A stretch of 64,000 nt of DNA from Promethearchaeati archaeon SRVP18_Atabeyarchaeia-1 (lineage in GTDB: Archaea > Asgardarchaeota > Atabeyarchaeia > Atabeyarchaeales > Atabeyarchaeaceae), in assembly GCA_037308085.1 (NCBI GenBank), contig CP147779.1, positions 1,760,001 to 1,824,000 of the forward strand. The letters are read 5' to 3'. The stretch's first letter is position 1, and each line of letters opens with the position of its first letter. Below the pieces are notes generated by a model, which did no database searches, had not been told where the DNA came from, and saw only the letters and a list, made by a program, of their open reading frames with translations. This document shows positions 60,079 to 64,000 of this stretch, piece by piece. A program made the position numbers and the translations under genes.

Positions 60079-62130
60079 TTGGCGAACTCAAAAGCTGGTT
60101 CAAGTCCATCGCACTCATTGTCAAACGAGGAGCCGAGGATAGGCGTCTACGTGTGCCACTGTGGAAGCAACATCGCAGGCACGGTTGACGTAGAGAAGGT
60201 GGCAAACTTCGCCTCGAAACTTCCGAACGTCACCATCGCGCGACACTACATGTACATGTGCAGCGACAGCGGGCAAGCACTCATAAAGGAAGACATCGAG
60301 AAACTTGGAATCAACAGAGTCGTGGTCGCCTCCTGCTCACCAAGAATGCATGAACCTACTTTCAGAAAGGTATGCGAAAGCAAGGGGCTTAACAAGTATC
60401 TGTTCGAGATGGCGAACCTGCGCGAGCACTGCTCGTGGGCGCACATGCATGAGCCTCAGAAAGCTACCGAGAAAGCAATTGAGCTCGTAAGAATGGCTGT
60501 GGCGAAGGCGCGCCTGCTGGAGCCCCTGCCACCGATGGAGGTCGAGGTCACACCGAGCGTCCTCATAGTTGGTGGTGGCGTTGCGGGACTGACTGCCGCA
60601 AGAGACGTGGCGCAGCGGGGATTCAGCGTCACCTTGGTGGAGAAGAAGCCGGTTCTCGGGGGAAACCTTGCAAAGCTTAGTGCACTCTTCCCTTCAGGCA
60701 AGAAAGCCTCTGAGACCATAGAGCCCGTAATCAAGGACGTCGTAACGAATAGAAACATCACTGTCAAGTTGAATACGCAGGTTGTGTCGTCGCAAGGTTT
60801 CATCGGCAACTTCAAGGTCACCTTGTCGGAGCAACCTGACTTCGTAAATCAGAAATGCAGCTTGTGCGGAGAATGCTCAAAGGTTTGTCCCGTTGAAGTT
60901 CCTGACGAGTATAACTTCGGTCTGGTTTCCCGGAAATCCATCCACGAGGTACAATCTCATACTCCGGAAGGAAGTAGCAGCAGATTCGTCTTGGATCCCG
61001 AGAACTGCACCAAATGTGGAAGATGCTTGGAGGTGTGCCAGCCCTCAGCTATTGACCTGGATCTTAAGCCCAAAGAATCAGAAGTCGACGTCGGTTCAAT
61101 AATACTGGTCACCGGTTTTGACTCATTTGAACCCAACGGTCTGTATCTCTACGGTGTAAACCCGGATGTGGTAACTCTGGCTCAGTTCTCTAGGATCATG
61201 AGGGAGGATGGGCCAACTAAGGGTGAGCTGGTCAACCCTAGAACTGGAAGGAGGTCACAGTCAGTTGTCTTCATATCATGTGTCGGTTCGAGAGAGGAAC
61301 CTGATTACGGAGAAGCAGTGGAAGGAACCGCTCCTCGGAGAACATACTGCTCAAGAGTCTGCTGTACCGCCATAGCTGAGAGCGCTAACGCGATCAGAGA
61401 GAAATATCCTAGGTCTCAGGTTTACGTCCTATATAGAGACTTCAGAACTTTCGGCAAAGGGCACGAAGAACTCTATAGGAGAAGCAGGGAGAACCTAGTA
61501 AAGTACATCCGTTACACGTCAGAAAAGCCGCCTGAAGTCAAAGGCATAGAAGGCGTTAGAGAGGACAAGCCTCTAATAGTTTCGGTTTGGGATGACTTGA
61601 TCGCGAGGCAAGTCGAGATCCCAGCAGACATCGTCGTACTCGCGTCGGCGATAGTTCCCTCAAAGGGCGCGACCGAGCTCGGTCAGATCCTCGGGGTGAC
61701 CCGGTCACGCGATGGCTTTTACCTCGAAGCCCACCTGAAACTGAACCCGCTGAGTTCTGTTTCGGACGGAATATTCCTTGGGGGAGTAGCACAGGGACCG
61801 AAGGATAGCTGCGACAGCGCGGCTCAGGGTAGCGGAGCCGCAGGCAAGGCCTCCGCGCTGCTTGCACAAGGACGAGTTTCGATAGAATCATCAGTCTCAT
61901 CAGTCAACGAGGACAGGTGCGGCGGATGCGGAATCTGTGAGGGTGCTTGCATCTACGGCGCAATGGAAATGAAAGCGCTGGGTGAAGACAAATCCAAGCG
62001 CGTGGCGCATGTGATCGAAGCTGTGTGCAAGGGCTGCGGAACATGCGGCGCAGGATGCCCGTCAGGAGCTATAACCATGAAACACTTCACAGACCATCAA
62101 ATAACAGAGATGATCAAGGCAGCCATGTAG
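60079..62130 (+). CDS. hdrA: HdrA-family flavoprotein, long form
   Basis: TTG start after GGAGGT; RIGVYVCHCG, ASCSPR.HE, NLREHCSW, CVGSR, CSRVCC, C-terminal ferredoxin. Confidence 0.95.
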   Translation: MANSKAGSSPSHSLSNEEPRIGVYVCHCGSNIAGTVDVEKVANFASKLPNVTIARHYMYMCSDSGQALIKEDIEKLGINRVVVASCSPRMHEPTFRKVCESKGLNKYLFEMANLREHCSWAHMHEPQKATEKAIELVRMAVAKARLLEPLPPMEVEVTPSVLIVGGGVAGLTAARDVAQRGFSVTLVEKKPVLGGNLAKLSALFPSGKKASETIEPVIKDVVTNRNITVKLNTQVVSSQGFIGNFKVTLSEQPDFVNQKCSLCGECSKVCPVEVPDEYNFGLVSRKSIHEVQSHTPEGSSSRFVLDPENCTKCGRCLEVCQPSAIDLDLKPKESEVDVGSIILVTGFDSFEPNGLYLYGVNPDVVTLAQFSRIMREDGPTKGELVNPRTGRRSQSVVFISCVGSREEPDYGEAVEGTAPRRTYCSRVCCTAIAESANAIREKYPRSQVYVLYRDFRTFGKGHEELYRRSRENLVKYIRYTSEKPPEVKGIEGVREDKPLIVSVWDDLIARQVEIPADIVVLASAIVPSKGATELGQILGVTRSRDGFYLEAHLKLNPLSSVSDGIFLGGVAQGPKDSCDSAAQGSGAAGKASALLAQGRVSIESSVSSVNEDRCGGCGICEGACIYGAMEMKALGEDKSKRVAHVIEAVCKGCGTCGAGCPSGAITMKHFTDHQITEMIKAAM

Positions 62131-62157
62131 AGGCGAAGAGGAAGGTGTGACCAAGAA

Positions 62158-62640
62158 TTGACCAAAGAGAGCCACTCTGTTGTAGCACAAGGCAATCCTG
62201 GTTTCGAACCAAAGATCATTGCAATAACCTGCAACTTCTGCACCTACGCAGGCGCTGACCTAGCCGGAACGAGCAGAATACAGTATCCTACTAATGTCAG
62301 AATAATCCGCGTAATGTGTAGCGGCAGGGTTGACCCGACCTTCGTCCTAAAAGCGCTACAGGAAGGAGCTGATGGTGTCCTGATAGCTGGATGTCATCCA
62401 GGAGACTGCCACTTCCTTGTTGGAAACGAGAAGGCTCTAAGAAGGTACACGGTGCTTAGCAAGATGCTCAAACAAGTCGGACTAGAACCCGAGAGGGTCA
62501 GGCTTGAGTGGATATCAGCCTCAGAAGGGGAGAAGTTCGCCAAGGTTATCCGCTCCATGGTTCAGGATTTGAGGCGCGTGGGGCCGAACCCCTACAAGAA
62601 CGGCCTGCAAGGTGGAGGAAAGGTGGGCTTAAGCTCGTAG
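62158..62640 (+). CDS. mvhD: F420-non-reducing hydrogenase delta subunit
   Basis: CNFCTYAGADLAG, MCSGRVD, GCHPGDCHF, WISASEG. Confidence 0.96.
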   Translation: MTKESHSVVAQGNPGFEPKIIAITCNFCTYAGADLAGTSRIQYPTNVRIIRVMCSGRVDPTFVLKALQEGADGVLIAGCHPGDCHFLVGNEKALRRYTVLSKMLKQVGLEPERVRLEWISASEGEKFAKVIRSMVQDLRRVGPNPYKNGLQGGGKVGLSS

Positions 62641-62662
62641 TGGATCAGAGGCGAAATGAGAA

Positions 62663-63052
62663 TTGGAGAAGAGACCTTCCACTGTAAAGAACGGTCAAAC
62701 CCCTCAGAACTACGGTTTGAAGATTGACGGTCTGCTTGGAGCCTTCAGGTCGGAGCAGGTAAGATGGCTCATAAGCCGGGAAAAAGAGATCAAGAAGAAC
62801 TCGGGAATTTCTGATGAAGCCTACAGGCAACTGGTAAGTGGGACAGTCAAGCGGGAGGCTGAAAGAAGCACGATCATCATGGAACTGGTGAGAAGCAACG
62901 GGGGAACAATCGGAGAGATAGCTTCTTCAACGAGAATCCCTGAGAAACAAATTCTCAGACACATGATCGCGCTCATGAAGAAGGGCTCTGTGGCAATTGT
63001 GGACGAGAAGGAAGGCCAATATGCGTTCACAGCTGTAGAACCTCCGGAGTAG
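62663..63052 (+). CDS. Small winged-helix protein within the mvh cluster
   Basis: TIGEIASSTRIPEKQILRHMIALMKKG. Confidence 0.7.
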   Translation: MEKRPSTVKNGQTPQNYGLKIDGLLGAFRSEQVRWLISREKEIKKNSGISDEAYRQLVSGTVKREAERSTIIMELVRSNGGTIGEIASSTRIPEKQILRHMIALMKKGSVAIVDEKEGQYAFTAVEPPE

Positions 63053-63083
63053 TATGATCAAGAATGGAGAGGTTGCTCTAATA

Positions 63084-64000
63084 ATGGTTCAAGCCAAAAG
63101 CGTGATATTCGTTCAACTTTCCAGCTGCTGGGGCTGCCACCAATCGCTCATAGACCTATACGAGAAACTTGTGGACATCCTGCCAGCGCTGAACATCAAG
63201 TACTGGCCGGCAGTTGTCGACTTCAAGGAAAAGGATCTCGAAGGGCTCCCCGATAGGGGTATCGACGCTGGCTTCGTAGAGGGCACAACCCGTACAGAAA
63301 ATGATATTCGCCTCCTTAGATTGGCAAGAAGCAAGTCGAAGCTCCTCGTCTCATATGGAACATGCTCCACCTACGGTGGCGTCTACGCATTAGCCAACCT
63401 CTCAACCAGAGACGAACTGCTCAGAAGAAAGTATTACGAAGCGGAGTCTCTGTCCAACAAGGGCGTACCTTCAGACAACCTCCCCGAGATAACCAGCTCC
63501 ATAAAGAGAAATGACGAAAACGTGAGATTCGACCTCTACCTTCCAGGTTGCCCGCCGACAAGTGACAACATAGCAGCCGCAGTCACGGCATTAATCGAGG
63601 GCAAACCAATTAAGGTCTACGAGAAAACCGTCTGCGACGAGTGCGAAAGAAACAAGGAAGAGAAAAAGAGCGTCAAGAGATACAAGAGACGCTTTGAGGG
63701 CAAAACAGATCCCGTGAAGTGTCTTCTCAACGAGGGATACTTGTGCCTAGGGCCAGGAACGCGGGCAGGATGCGGGGCTCAGTGCCCGACAAACGCCAAC
63801 TTGCCATGCGACGGATGCTACGGTCCGCCCCCTGGGGTGACTGATCAGGGTGCAAAGCTACTCAGCGCAATCGCAAGCATCGCGGACATGCCACCAGAAG
63901 AACTTGACAGAGAAATCGCAGATCCCTTGGGTCAATTCTACAGATTCACCTTTGCATATGGTCTCATCAAGAAGTCAGTCAGGACCTACATTGATGAGAA
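63084..64000 (+). CDS. mvhG: F420-non-reducing [NiFe]-hydrogenase small subunit (runs off the window edge)
   Basis: Manual translation: QLSSCWGCHQS..VEG..YGTCSTYGG..LPGCPP..VCDEC..CLL..GYLCLGPGTRAGCGAQCP..PCDGCYGP..FYRFT. Confidence 0.95.
   Translation, partial: MVQAKSVIFVQLSSCWGCHQSLIDLYEKLVDILPALNIKYWPAVVDFKEKDLEGLPDRGIDAGFVEGTTRTENDIRLLRLARSKSKLLVSYGTCSTYGGVYALANLSTRDELLRRKYYEAESLSNKGVPSDNLPEITSSIKRNDENVRFDLYLPGCPPTSDNIAAAVTALIEGKPIKVYEKTVCDECERNKEEKKSVKRYKRRFEGKTDPVKCLLNEGYLCLGPGTRAGCGAQCPTNANLPCDGCYGPPPGVTDQGAKLLSAIASIADMPPEELDREIADPLGQFYRFTFAYGLIKKSVRTYIDE

Noticed and set aside
361-63370. Numerous antisense or overlapping ORFs in the track
   Set aside because: They are shadows of well-supported genes, with no motifs or expression signals.
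55721-64000. Selenocysteine or pyrrolysine recoding in hdr/mvh genes
   Set aside because: The ORFs are uninterrupted with Cys at the usual positions. hdrC and hdrB are in frame but separated by both TAG and TAA, and the mvhD TAG is out of frame with the next gene.

Overview
Gene-dense archaeal chromosome segment with TATA-box promoters. It is probably from an Asgard-type archaeon; this is inferred from a RING-like protein, Roadblock/LC7, JAB/MPN, V4R/MEDS/KaiC-like signalling proteins and coiled-coil-wHTH proteins, not from a phylogenetic marker. Most of the window is ordinary metabolism and transport: acyl-CoA dehydrogenase and ligase, CoA-transferase, cysS, guaA, MFS/CDF transporters, a DtxR-feoAAB iron operon, ferritin, a solo mtrH, and an hdrA'CBAA-mvhD-mvhG cluster that runs off the right edge. 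Three things stand out. (1) A 1,263-bp element (48115-49377) carries only a catalytically intact TnpB, yet it is bounded by 23-bp IS6-like terminal inverted repeats and an 8-bp target-site duplication. That is the architecture of a DDE/TIR element, not IS200/605 or IS607. (2) A ~355-nt, densely base-paired minus-strand ncRNA candidate with its own TATA box lies at ~40851-41206 and matches no family I recognise. (3) A decayed duplicate of the guaA 3' end (18862-19140) brackets a MEDS gene. No rRNA, tRNA or CRISPR array was seen. All calls come from manual motif reading; no searches or folding were run.
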